The position numbers were made by a program, and so were the translations under genes. Of a DNA stretch of 58,443 nt, positions 48,391 through 56,967 are shown piece by piece. The DNA is from a virus (Duplodnaviria > Caudoviricetes): positions 1-58,443 of the IMG/VR virus record IMGVR_UViG_3300020151_000200, one strand, 5' to 3'. The notes under the pieces are model-generated. The model did no database searches. It saw only the letters and a list, made by a program, of their open reading frames with translations, and was not told where the DNA came from. How positions within the stretch are numbered: position 1 is the stretch's first letter; each line of letters begins with the position of its first letter.

Positions 48391-49275
48391 TTATAGTGTT
48401 GTTTTAATGTGATCGGTTAATGATGGTGCTGTTGAAGCTGCGTAATCTTGTTTAACAAATGTACCATTGACCATAGAACCTTGTCGGGACTTAATAACAT
48501 CATAGGCTGATACAACACACTCTTCAACTTTTAATCCTTCTAATGCGGCTAGATTGGTTAATACTACAATCATATCGCCAATAGCATCAATTAATTCAGA
48601 CTTATTATCTTTAAGTATTGCTCTTGCTAGTTCACCAGATTCTTCTTGTAATTTTATATACTGCGTTTTTGTATCGCCATTTGAATATATACCACGATTG
48701 CTTGCCCATTGCCTAATTAAGTCATATACATTATTAGGATCGAAAGTTAAAGGGTTAGTCGCAGTTGGCGCGGGTTCAGTATTATACATTTTATTAACTG
48801 CTTCAAATAATACTTTATTATATACATAACACGCTGTATTGCGGTACATTGACTCTCTGACGTTTGCCATTATTATTTTAACTAACTCTGGAGTTACAGT
48901 ATATGTTCCATAGCTTGTTGTAAATGTATGCCCTAAATTATCCATTAAAAAGCCTTTTAATTTGTTTACAGGAACATTAAATGTTGTTGTTTGATCTGTT
49001 ACGTTAGTGTACATAGTTTTATTTGATTTAAATTGATTAATAGGACTATTTCTTGCTTGATCATAAGAGCAGAGATCTTTTTTATATTTAAAAAATTCTT
49101 GCCATTGGTGTTCTTTATTCTCTATAAATTCTTTGTCATATGAAGATTCTAATATCTGAAATTCACCGTCTTTGTAACCTTGTTGCAATATGACCCTTTT
49201 ATAAATATTACGCGTCATTCCAATTTTTTTCCCTGGAATATGATAAATATAGTATAAATTCTTAGTTTTTTCCAT
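48391..49275 (-). CDS. Fusion of GIY-YIG-like N-terminus, middle domain and MazG-like pyrophosphatase
   Basis: YYIYHIPGKKIGMT...KR at the N-terminus; KLQEESGEL...DAIGD MazG motif at the C-terminus. Confidence 0.75.
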   Translation of the reverse strand: MEKTKNLYYIYHIPGKKIGMTRNIYKRVILQQGYKDGEFQILESSYDKEFIENKEHQWQEFFKYKKDLCSYDQARNSPINQFKSNKTMYTNVTDQTTTFNVPVNKLKGFLMDNLGHTFTTSYGTYTVTPELVKIIMANVRESMYRNTACYVYNKVLFEAVNKMYNTEPAPTATNPLTFDPNNVYDLIRQWASNRGIYSNGDTKTQYIKLQEESGELARAILKDNKSELIDAIGDMIVVLTNLAALEGLKVEECVVSAYDVIKSRQGSMVNGTFVKQDYAASTAPSLTDHIKTTL

Positions 49276-49286
49276 ATTTTTTTTAT

Positions 49287-50078
49287 TTAAACAGCAACCG
49301 GAGCCGAAATTACTGGTCCGTGCTTATAATCGTTAATTATTAATATTCCGTTATTGTACTCATAATCTGGTAAATCAAATGTTTCTTGCAATAAATATTG
49401 CATAACAGCACGAGAACTTGTTTTATAAACGTGAGCATCTACAATTTGAACATCTAGTTTATTAGGCTTATATCCGGTTACTTCCGCTACATATATAAGT
49501 ATCTGCGAGAATAAAGCGACGTCATAAGGTATACCCAAGAATAGATCACCTGATCTTTGAACAACAAACATATTTAGATTATCGCCATCAACAAAGAATT
49601 GGAAATACAAATAGCACGGAGGTAATTTCATATCTGTTAATTGAGCCGGATTCCATAAGCTTATAATGTGTCTGCGGCTGTCTGGATCGTCCATTATGCC
49701 ATTTAATAGATTGTGCATCTGATCTATATTTTGATCATTAAAATTACGCATTTGATGCCCATACACAGGCCCTAGATCTCCATTCTCATCTGCCCAAGCA
49801 TCCCATATCTTTACGCCAGCATCTCTGAATCTTTGTATATTGGTTTCGCCATTCATAAACCATTCAAATTCAGTTTTAAACGTTTTCTCAAACATTTTTC
49901 TACCAGTTAATAAAGGAAAGCCGTCGCCTAAATCAATACTCAAACTTGCATTGAAGATAGAATAACATCCGACGCCTGTTCTGTCGTGACGTTCAGTTCC
50001 AAATGCAATGCATTGTTCAAGTATATTTTTATATTGTTCTTCGTATCTACTTGTTGATAGTTTATTTAGTGATAGCAT
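49287..50078 (-). CDS. thyA: Thymidylate synthase (ThyA) homologue with altered specificity residues
   Basis: DRTG, WDAW, GPVYG, DSRR, PPC, QRSGD and DAHVY retained. Has PYD instead of PFN and PPCY instead of PPCH. Confidence 0.9.
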   Translation of the reverse strand: MLSLNKLSTSRYEEQYKNILEQCIAFGTERHDRTGVGCYSIFNASLSIDLGDGFPLLTGRKMFEKTFKTEFEWFMNGETNIQRFRDAGVKIWDAWADENGDLGPVYGHQMRNFNDQNIDQMHNLLNGIMDDPDSRRHIISLWNPAQLTDMKLPPCYLYFQFFVDGDNLNMFVVQRSGDLFLGIPYDVALFSQILIYVAEVTGYKPNKLDVQIVDAHVYKTSSRAVMQYLLQETFDLPDYEYNNGILIINDYKHGPVISAPVAV

Positions 50079-50337
50079 ATTTGTCGTAATAGTATGTGTA
50101 AAATTTATATAATTGTTTCCAGATTTCTACTTTCTTATATGCGTCAGGACTTATACTTATTTTTTTATTTATTTCAACAAGTAAATGCCAAGACGAGGTT
50201 GTTGATGGCTTAGGCGATATGTATATACCGTTGTTTATGCACCAAGAATAAGCTAATTGCTCTTTTATAGTAGGCACATAAAAACCCATGTCTATCTGAG
50301 TTGTTTTTTTATATCCGCTACCCATTATACTTCCCAA
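50062..50337 (-). CDS. Hypothetical protein
   Basis: 91 aa (start may be 50325); WCINNGI.I.P motif. Confidence 0.65.
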   Translation of the reverse strand: MGSIMGSGYKKTTQIDMGFYVPTIKEQLAYSWCINNGIYISPKPSTTSSWHLLVEINKKISISPDAYKKVEIWKQLYKFYTYYYDKYAITK

Positions 50338-52058
50338 GGTAATTTATCATCGCTAATCAGATTAGGATTATGTGGAACAAAACAACCAGAAGATAGATCC
50401 CATTTAAAGTGGCATTCAGCGCCATTCTCACCTAGGTTTTGAAACTTACACTTAAGTACTTTTACTTTAACAGTCTTCTCTTCATAGTTTCTATGAACTA
50501 ATAATCCGTGATAGGATGCATCATACCATTCGCCACCACCTTTAATATTATACATGGTTGGCTCTTCAATGTTACCTTTAGCATCCTTATACATTTTAGT
50601 TGGATGCGCAACAACAATAACCAGTACATCGTATTTCTTAGCAAAGATTTCTATTTGGCTTAAGTATTCTAATGTATAAACATTAACATCACCAGAAGCA
50701 TCTTGTGCTCTTACTTTGTTAAATGGATCTATAACCAAACATTTAATACCTTTACGCTTAACTAGCTCAGCTCCTTTACGTAGTACAGATTCTAACGTAT
50801 AACGCTCCATGTCAATAAAGAAATAATTATCATTAACATGATCCGCAATCTGATTCCACTTATCAGTTTTAATATCTGCTACAGTAGGCATACCTTGCCA
50901 AGTTTTACGCATTAACTTGTGAGCATGCAAATATGTAGGTGTATTCTCAGGTGATGCATATGCAGTCTTCCAACCATACTTTTCATTATATCCAACAATC
51001 ATTTGATCCACAAAATCAGATTTACCAGAAGACGGAATACCGGTAACAGTAATGAACTGACCAGTGTATGTAGAAAAAATACTATCAAAGTTATCCAAAC
51101 CAATTTGGAAACCAGGTTTGAAACCGTTTCTAACAAAGTCTGTAACCTCATCTTCAATGTCTTTAAACGTAGTAACGTTTTCCAACGGCACAGGCTTTGA
51201 TCTTGATATTCTTTGTGATAATGCTTCTTTTCCATATTTAAGTAAATATTCATTAGCGTCTTTACAATCTTCAAATGATGCTAAATAACAAACTTCAGCA
51301 CCTAATCTTCTAACTAATTCTGTTTGTAATGCTTGACCAGCTACATCTGAATCAACTGCAATAATAATCTTTGACTTGTCATCAAAGTAATCAATACAGT
51401 TATCTAAATATTCTAGATTATTAGATCCTAACGTTGCGCCGTTTGGCACTGATATTGCATTTGTGATTCCCGCTTCATGCAATGCGAGCACATCCATTTC
51501 TCCCTCAACAATAATACAATATTCAAAACCCACAATGCTGTTAATATTATAAAAAATCTTTTCAGCCCCTTTGTACAATTTGAAGTTTTTGCGTCCATCT
51601 CTGTATTTAATGTTTATTAATTGATCGCCAATAAAGTAATTGAAATGTATAGCATTTTCAGTTTTGCCGGTTTGAGGCATAAACTCTTTGCCTTCGGTTA
51701 TTTGTAGCTCATGTAAAGTTTCTTTAGAAATACCTCGTGTTTCAAACCATTTCACAATAGGTTCTGATAAAGGATACTCTAACCCAGAATCTAATACTGC
51801 ATCTCTTTCTGGTTTTACATATACTTTTTCGCTTTTGCCTTTTCTTTTATATGTATGTAATTGAAATGTTTTATTACAATTGTGGCAGGTACCAATACCT
51901 CGTTCCCAATCATAAGAAGCACATTTAGCTTTTTCATTCTTAGGTTTTCTATCTGATGAACATATAGGGCATACCCCTTGCGTCTTACCCTCTTCCAATT
52001 TGTATTGGTTAAAGTTATCAATAAGGAAACCATTAATTTCAGTTGTCTCTATAAGCAT
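50325..52058 (-). CDS. Primase-helicase (T7 gp4/Twinkle-like)
   Basis: Zn finger CPIC...CHNC, TOPRIM EGEMD/DSD/KDANE, Walker A GIPSSGKS, LVIDP, VAHP. Confidence 0.93.
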   Translation of the reverse strand: MLIETTEINGFLIDNFNQYKLEEGKTQGVCPICSSDRKPKNEKAKCASYDWERGIGTCHNCNKTFQLHTYKRKGKSEKVYVKPERDAVLDSGLEYPLSEPIVKWFETRGISKETLHELQITEGKEFMPQTGKTENAIHFNYFIGDQLINIKYRDGRKNFKLYKGAEKIFYNINSIVGFEYCIIVEGEMDVLALHEAGITNAISVPNGATLGSNNLEYLDNCIDYFDDKSKIIIAVDSDVAGQALQTELVRRLGAEVCYLASFEDCKDANEYLLKYGKEALSQRISRSKPVPLENVTTFKDIEDEVTDFVRNGFKPGFQIGLDNFDSIFSTYTGQFITVTGIPSSGKSDFVDQMIVGYNEKYGWKTAYASPENTPTYLHAHKLMRKTWQGMPTVADIKTDKWNQIADHVNDNYFFIDMERYTLESVLRKGAELVKRKGIKCLVIDPFNKVRAQDASGDVNVYTLEYLSQIEIFAKKYDVLVIVVAHPTKMYKDAKGNIEEPTMYNIKGGGEWYDASYHGLLVHRNYEEKTVKVKVLKCKFQNLGENGAECHFKWDLSSGCFVPHNPNLISDDKLPWEV

Positions 52059-52089
52059 AGGAATTTGTTAAGGATTATTTGTTACGTAT

Positions 52090-52124
52090 ATATTATCAAT
52101 AAGTCATCGTGTTTTGATTGTAAG
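52090..52124 (-). promoter_or_regulatory. Early or middle promoter motif, copy 1
   Basis: CTTACAATC-AAA-ACACGA-N8-TGATAATAT on the minus strand, upstream of the primase-helicase. Confidence 0.75.
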
Positions 52125-52181
52125 AACGTTCATTATATTTAAACGTTCATTGGCAATGAACACTATAAAATAATGAACACT
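52125..52181. repeat. Symmetric four-unit repeat
   Basis: AACGTTCATT at 52125 and 52142; AATGAACACT at 52155 and 52172. Period 17 bp, with the pairs inverted. Confidence 0.7.
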
Positions 52182-52193
52182 CATTGCTTTTTA

Positions 52194-52228
52194 TAGTTAG
52201 AAAAACCCCAATTAATGGGGTCTAACTA
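52194..52228 (-). terminator. Terminator downstream of SSB
   Basis: ACCCCA-loop-TGGGGT stem followed by a T-tract on the minus strand; outer TAGTTAG/CTAACTA pairing. Confidence 0.65.
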
Positions 52229-52293
52229 ACTATGAAAGGCATCATATTATGTGCAATATAGCTTATTTTGTCCATAATATAAAACGTTTTGCT

Positions 52294-52614
52294 TTAGAAT
52301 GGCAAATCATCTTCGACTACTGGGGCCGGTGCTCTTTGTGGAGTATGAGCAAATTGCCCATCTTGTCTTGGTGCAGCTTCAACATTTGTACCGTTAGTCC
52401 ATACAACTTTTACGTTACCAAGATATACTTTTGCTGCTTTTGATTCTCTTTCTTCTTTTGATTGTTCAACCATTATAGGTCCTTGATTACCAAACTGATC
52501 TACTTCGTCATTGATTGTTATAGTTATGGGAAGGTACTTTCCTTTCTTTCCATCTATAATCTTGTGTTTAGGGATTTCATTTAAATTGATACTTGCTTTA
52601 ATAATTGAAGCCAT
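52294..52614 (-). CDS. Putative single-stranded DNA-binding protein
   Basis: GKKGKYL.ITI...DQFGN...YLGN; acidic C-terminal tail EDDLPF. Confidence 0.75.
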   Translation of the reverse strand: MASIIKASINLNEIPKHKIIDGKKGKYLPITITINDEVDQFGNQGPIMVEQSKEERESKAAKVYLGNVKVVWTNGTNVEAAPRQDGQFAHTPQRAPAPVVEDDLPF

Positions 52615-53352
52615 TTAATTAAGGGTTTTAGTTAATAAAAATTGTTTGGGATCAAATCCCTCGGTTTCATAAAATAATTGGTAAGCGTCTACCGCTCGTC
52701 TGACTTTGTCTTCACCACTTAATAGGAACTTATCTGAACAATCAAATATACCTATCTGGTTTGTGGTTTTGTCTATTGCTATAAATATTAAGTCATAGCC
52801 AAATAATAATTTGTATATATATGCTTGACTGTCATAATTATATTTCTTTGCTGAATAAGGGAATGCTGATATGTCAGATGTTGTTTTTAAATCTATTACC
52901 AATTTATGGTCGTGATTAATTATATCAGCTTTGCCCTTCCACATAACATCAAATATTTCAGCAATACCTGGTGTTTCATATTCTATATTCAAACCTCTTA
53001 TAAGGTCTCTGCAGATATCATTATCTAATACTACATCCCGCATTTTTTCTATTTTGTCAACCTCATGTTGTAACAAACATATTTCACCGCCTGATAATTC
53101 TTTATACTTAGTAGTATTCCTGGTAGTAGCTTCTATAACTTTATATTTTTCTAACTTTTCAGGTTCTAATATTAAAGTATGAAAGTAACCACCAATTGCA
53201 AAATTAATGTTAGGAGGCTGAGGTTGCCTCAGTAGCAAAGGATTAGTTAATAATGTTTCTATATTAGAGTTGCTTAAATACTGTTTACCAAACTCTCCGT
53301 AATAGTCTTCATCATTTCTTAACCTTGCTAATATCTTCTCTTTATTAGTCAT
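52615..53352 (-). CDS. PD-(D/E)xK exonuclease (RecE/ExoVIII, DUF3799-like)
   Basis: LSNS, G..FH..ILEP, KGKAD, IDLKTT and Y..QA..Y motifs. Confidence 0.85.
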   Translation of the reverse strand: MTNKEKILARLRNDEDYYGEFGKQYLSNSNIETLLTNPLLLRQPQPPNINFAIGGYFHTLILEPEKLEKYKVIEATTRNTTKYKELSGGEICLLQHEVDKIEKMRDVVLDNDICRDLIRGLNIEYETPGIAEIFDVMWKGKADIINHDHKLVIDLKTTSDISAFPYSAKKYNYDSQAYIYKLLFGYDLIFIAIDKTTNQIGIFDCSDKFLLSGEDKVRRAVDAYQLFYETEGFDPKQFLLTKTLN

Positions 53353-53353
53353 A

Positions 53354-53917
53354 CTATAAAGAAGTTAATATTTTTTCTGCTTCAGGAGACAACTTATATT
53401 TCTTTTTAATTGTGTCAATTGAACCGCCGTTTGTCATAAATTCTTTAGCTTTAGCAAATGCTACTTCATCTAAAACAGGGAGATTTTTATTGGTTTCAGG
53501 TTCTGCTTTGCCATGATCTGGATCTTGCGTGTCATCAATTAAGAATAGATTTCCTAATGCATACTTCTTACCATAACTTGATGCTGATCCAAATTTCTGC
53601 GGCATCTGCATACCTTTCTGATCTAAGTCTATACCAACAATTGCTGTTGCGTTAATTGAAGATAGATTGTCTGATATAGTCGCAGTTGATTCCAACATAG
53701 GGAATTGCAAAAAGTTACTTTCCAATAGTCTTTCGTTAATTGTTACTGACACATTTAATTCTAATAAGTACGGTTTAGTAGCTTCTAAGATATCTTCTGC
53801 TGACCTAAAATTGTACTTGCCAAATGAATTAAACCTAGATTTCTTAGATTTAAACTTAGTCTGTATGACTGCAAGTTTCTCGTTTAATGTTAATTCTTTT
53901 TCTTCTGTTTTTGCCAT
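53354..53917 (-). CDS. ERF-family single-strand annealing protein
   Basis: FNSFGKYNFRSAEDILEA and Q.FGSASSYGKKYAL..LF.IDD..D.D motifs. Confidence 0.88.
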   Translation of the reverse strand: MAKTEEKELTLNEKLAVIQTKFKSKKSRFNSFGKYNFRSAEDILEATKPYLLELNVSVTINERLLESNFLQFPMLESTATISDNLSSINATAIVGIDLDQKGMQMPQKFGSASSYGKKYALGNLFLIDDTQDPDHGKAEPETNKNLPVLDEVAFAKAKEFMTNGGSIDTIKKKYKLSPEAEKILTSL

Positions 53918-53948
53918 ATATTTGATTTAATTGGTTTAGTTTATATAT

Positions 53949-53994
53949 TATTATAATTACGTGTTTTGTCCCATATTTAGTATATATTTGGGAC
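53949..53994 (-). promoter_or_regulatory. Promoter-like element with upstream palindrome
   Basis: AAAACACGTAATTATAATA on the minus strand upstream of ERF; GTCCCA...TGGGAC dyad at 53968-53994. Confidence 0.5.
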
Positions 53995-54010
53995 TAATTT
54001 TAACTTTAAC

Positions 54011-54775
54011 TTATAGGTAATCAATGACTTGTGAGGGATCTACCTTGTCAATTAATTTTTGAATTGCTTGCTTTTTTATCTCTGAAATTCTTACATAAGC
54101 ACTTGCCCCTTCGATTCCTAATTTGTCTGCAATATCATTAGCAGAATGTTTATCACAGTCTAATCCGTAGCTTAATCTTAATACTTCAAACTCGCGATTA
54201 TCTAAATGCTTTTTAAGCAAACTAGTTAAGTATAAATTCATTAGATCAACATTGTAAACTTCAGATTGATCTGGAATTTGGTACAACATGTTATCATCGT
54301 CTTCATCGTTAATTTGTTCATCAATGCTTAAGAATATAGAATTAAAAAACATTGCGACTAGTCTATGATCTTTACTGTTATCCTTACGTATTTCATTTAA
54401 CTTATGCTCTGGTATTTTAATACTACCTCTATTAATATCAATTGCACGTCTAATAGAGCCTTTAATTCTTTTTGATAGAAAAGATTTTAGTGTACTTTCT
54501 TTGTGATCGCTTTCTCTAATAGTAGCCCATTCAATTTTATCAACTGCTTGTATAAGACCGATTGATCCGCATTGTATAAGATCTGTAATATCTAATATAC
54601 CGCATGCTTCTGTTGTTGTAGAAAATTTCTTTGCAATGTTTTCTACTAATGGAAGATACCTGCAAATAAGATCATTTCTTAAATAATACTGGAACTCATC
54701 AGACATATTATCTTTATTAACTTGCTTTAGATCTTCTTTATATCGTATATAATTAGGGACGTTGTAACTTTTCAT
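54011..54775 (-). CDS. Phage sigma70-family RNA polymerase sigma factor
   Basis: Region 2: YLPLV.NIAKKF...DLIQ.G.IGLI.AVDK...RIKGSIRRAI. Region 4: L..RE.EVLRLSYGL...IA..LG....RISEIKKQAI.KL. Confidence 0.9.
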   Translation of the reverse strand: MKSYNVPNYIRYKEDLKQVNKDNMSDEFQYYLRNDLICRYLPLVENIAKKFSTTTEACGILDITDLIQCGSIGLIQAVDKIEWATIRESDHKESTLKSFLSKRIKGSIRRAIDINRGSIKIPEHKLNEIRKDNSKDHRLVAMFFNSIFLSIDEQINDEDDDNMLYQIPDQSEVYNVDLMNLYLTSLLKKHLDNREFEVLRLSYGLDCDKHSANDIADKLGIEGASAYVRISEIKKQAIQKLIDKVDPSQVIDYL

Positions 54776-55392
54776 AGACTTTGGTTTAATAGTTCTTTTT
54801 CTTTTTTTAGCTCATTACTCATATTGCGATGTATTGTTCTTGTTGTGCATCCGAAATGATCCGCTAATTTGTTGATTGTTATTTTTTGATTAAGATCGTG
54901 AATGTATAGCATCGCATCGTAAATATCAGATTCGCTAATGCGTTTAGTCTTGCCAATCATCTTACCTACAATAGATAACTTTTCAGTTAAGGTTAATTGG
55001 CAATTGTCTTTAAATATAATCTTACGTTGTTTATTATTAGGAGGTTCTTCAAGATCTTTTAATGAAACTTCATACATCATATTCTGTAGTAGTTGCTCAC
55101 TAACGTTAAATGTTACAAATCCATTTTTAATATTACATACGTGCCTCACGGTTGTTTCAAACTCATTCTGATCCATATTAGGATTAAGATACCATAACAC
55201 ATACAAATGCCATTTTAATGCTTTATATGTTGGTATTTTAGCTTTGCTTCTGAATAGTTCATAACATTCATATGTACCTTGTTCATAATAATAACCCCAT
55301 TCAAATTCCTCAGAAGGTTTATCATTAATGGGTCCTCTTCTATATATCACTTTTCTTTTATTTAGAAATTCTAGATTACGATCGTGTGACAT
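54772..55392 (-). CDS. DNA-binding protein with C-terminal HTH (regulator or replication-initiator candidate)
   Basis: KITINKLADHFGCTTRTIHRNM helix-turn-helix; coupled to the sigma gene. Confidence 0.75.
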   Translation of the reverse strand: MSHDRNLEFLNKRKVIYRRGPINDKPSEEFEWGYYYEQGTYECYELFRSKAKIPTYKALKWHLYVLWYLNPNMDQNEFETTVRHVCNIKNGFVTFNVSEQLLQNMMYEVSLKDLEEPPNNKQRKIIFKDNCQLTLTEKLSIVGKMIGKTKRISESDIYDAMLYIHDLNQKITINKLADHFGCTTRTIHRNMSNELKKEKELLNQSL

Positions 55393-55432
55393 TAGCTTAT
55401 TACTTTTATATATTAATTAACTAACGTCGCAT
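55384..55432. promoter_or_regulatory. Dyad site GTGTGACATTAG-N25-CTAACGTCGCAT (copy 2)
   Basis: Overlaps the HTH gene start codon and matches the dyad at 324-371. Confidence 0.7.
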
Positions 55433-55476
55433 TTTTATTTTATATTTGACTATTAATAGTAAATAGTAAAGTAACG

Positions 55477-55779
55477 CTAGTCCTTATATTTTTTTAATTG
55501 TTCTTTTATTTCATCTATTCTTTTCTGTAATTTAATTAACTCTTCATAATCTTCTTGCTCTACTAATTCTTGTTTCTCAATATTCAATGCCACTAATCGC
55601 TGCGTTAATATATCTTTACCTGATGTAGGTCCTGGTGATTCAAATTTATACCAAGCACCAGAAGTATCATCAGACACCCAGCCTATAGGTAATTCCATAT
55701 TGTCAAGATACTCTTGTTCTTTTTTTACTAACTTTTGAAATATTAATTCCGCTAGTTTTTCAATTTCTTCGTCGCTCAT
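55477..55779 (-). CDS. Hypothetical protein with C-terminal UVR-like coiled coil
   Basis: EKQELVEQEDYEELIKLQKRI pattern. Confidence 0.65.
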   Translation of the reverse strand: MSDEEIEKLAELIFQKLVKKEQEYLDNMELPIGWVSDDTSGAWYKFESPGPTSGKDILTQRLVALNIEKQELVEQEDYEELIKLQKRIDEIKEQLKKYKD

Positions 55780-55798
55780 ATTAATTTGTTTTACATTA

Positions 55799-55833
55799 AT
55801 ATTATCAATTGTTGTTCGTGTTTTGACTGTAAG
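55799..55833 (-). promoter_or_regulatory. Early or middle promoter motif, copy 2
   Basis: CTTACAGTC-AAA-ACACGA-N8-TGATAATAT. Confidence 0.75.
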
Positions 55834-55845
55834 GATAATTCATTG

Positions 55846-55904
55846 TGTATAATATAATATACATTTTATATACTTTTTACTGTTTTTGTATAATATAATA
55901 TACA
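55846..55904. repeat. Perfect 18-bp direct repeat, each unit quasi-palindromic
   Basis: TGTATAATATAATATACA at 55846-55863 and 55887-55904. Confidence 0.75.
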
Positions 55905-55907
55905 ATC

Positions 55908-56117
55908 TTATAAGTTTTCTATTTCTTCTTTAACTTTATTCCAATACATCATTGGCTCTCTAATACCTGCTTGATTACCAAATTTAATTATCTCATCAAA
56001 GGCTATTAACGCGCATTGTTTTAGTTGATTATCAAATACAATAGGATTGCCAAAATCTTTGTTTAATAAATCATCATACTTGCTGTATAATTCATTTGCT
56101 TTTTCTATTGGTGTCAT
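55908..56117 (-). CDS. Small hypothetical protein of a Flavobacteria-phage-type family
   Basis: MTP.EKA.EL...KQCALIA.DEII...YW..VK.EIE.L pattern. Confidence 0.75.
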   Translation of the reverse strand: MTPIEKANELYSKYDDLLNKDFGNPIVFDNQLKQCALIAFDEIIKFGNQAGIREPMMYWNKVKEEIENL

Positions 56118-56605
56118 AAGTTTACTTGTATTTTACGTGTTTCGCATCCCATCTTATGTACTCCGCCAGCTAAATTACAATAAGCACATTTCTCTGTAAC
56201 AATTTTATAACCGGTGTCAATTTTTTGAAAGTCTTTAACCACATGATCTTTAAATCCAAAACTGCCTAATAACATGCCTCTAGTAATATAAGGACCACCA
56301 CTTGGATCAACCATGTCAATCTCATCAAGTAATGATTTAACTAAGTGTGTATACTTTTTCGCAAAAGGAGTATAATCATTAGTTTCATTATCATATTCGT
56401 GTACTGCTATTTTAAATTGTGCAAGTGAATAAGTATGATCATGTGGCGGAATGCACTCATCATTATAATATTTTTGATAAGCTTCTGTATAATCATTGGG
56501 CATACCAAATCTACAATATTCAAAATTGCCTTCCCATAAAATATCTTGGCTGTCGTCTTTAGTGAATGTAAATACATCACCGTATCTATTTTTATATGTC
56601 GTCAT
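56114..56605 (-). CDS. Hypothetical protein
   Basis: 163 aa. YKNRYGD.FTF and MVDPSGGPYI motifs; C-terminal CxxC...H...C. Confidence 0.75.
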   Translation of the reverse strand: MTTYKNRYGDVFTFTKDDSQDILWEGNFEYCRFGMPNDYTEAYQKYYNDECIPPHDHTYSLAQFKIAVHEYDNETNDYTPFAKKYTHLVKSLLDEIDMVDPSGGPYITRGMLLGSFGFKDHVVKDFQKIDTGYKIVTEKCAYCNLAGGVHKMGCETRKIQVNL

Positions 56606-56759
56606 TTTCTGTTTTTATATATTCATTAATATTTTCTAAGCTCCATCCTTGACTTACTAACATACCTTGTAATGCTTCTGCGATTTGTGGTATACTTATA
56701 TCTGAATTATGGAATTCAGTAGTGTAAGTTGCCCATTTTGTTTCTATTCTAATTACCAT
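56592..56759 (-). CDS. 55-aa hypothetical protein (not in ORF track)
   Basis: Manual translation MVIRIETKWATYTTEFHNSDISIPQIAEALQGMLVSQGWSLENINEYIKTENDDI. Fills the gap. Confidence 0.6.
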   Translation of the reverse strand: MVIRIETKWATYTTEFHNSDISIPQIAEALQGMLVSQGWSLENINEYIKTENDDI

Positions 56760-56967
56760 AGTCTTTTAAGTTTTTTAATATATTACCATCTTTATCTATC
56801 CAACCAGCCTCTATAAGAGAGGATGAAAATCTACCATAATGACCTTGTAATGACCATGATGCACCGCTTTTTATTAGATCAGAAAACATTTCTATTATTT
56901 CTGCATCGTTAAGCATACCTGATTCAAATTCCATCATTTGATCTATAAAATCTTTAGTTTGTCTCAT
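56749..56967 (-). CDS. Small phage hypothetical protein
   Basis: LIKSGASWSLQGHYGR...LIEAG motif of a widespread phage family. Confidence 0.75.
   Translation of the reverse strand: MRQTKDFIDQMMEFESGMLNDAEIIEMFSDLIKSGASWSLQGHYGRFSSSLIEAGWIDKDGNILKNLKDYGN

Noticed and set aside
45384-52058. Inteins or introns in RNR, ThyA or helicase
   Set aside because: Lengths and motif spacing are normal, with no intein or intron-like interruption.
52125-52181. Mini CRISPR array
   Set aside because: Units are only 10 bp, partly inverted, with 7-bp gaps, and there are no cas genes.
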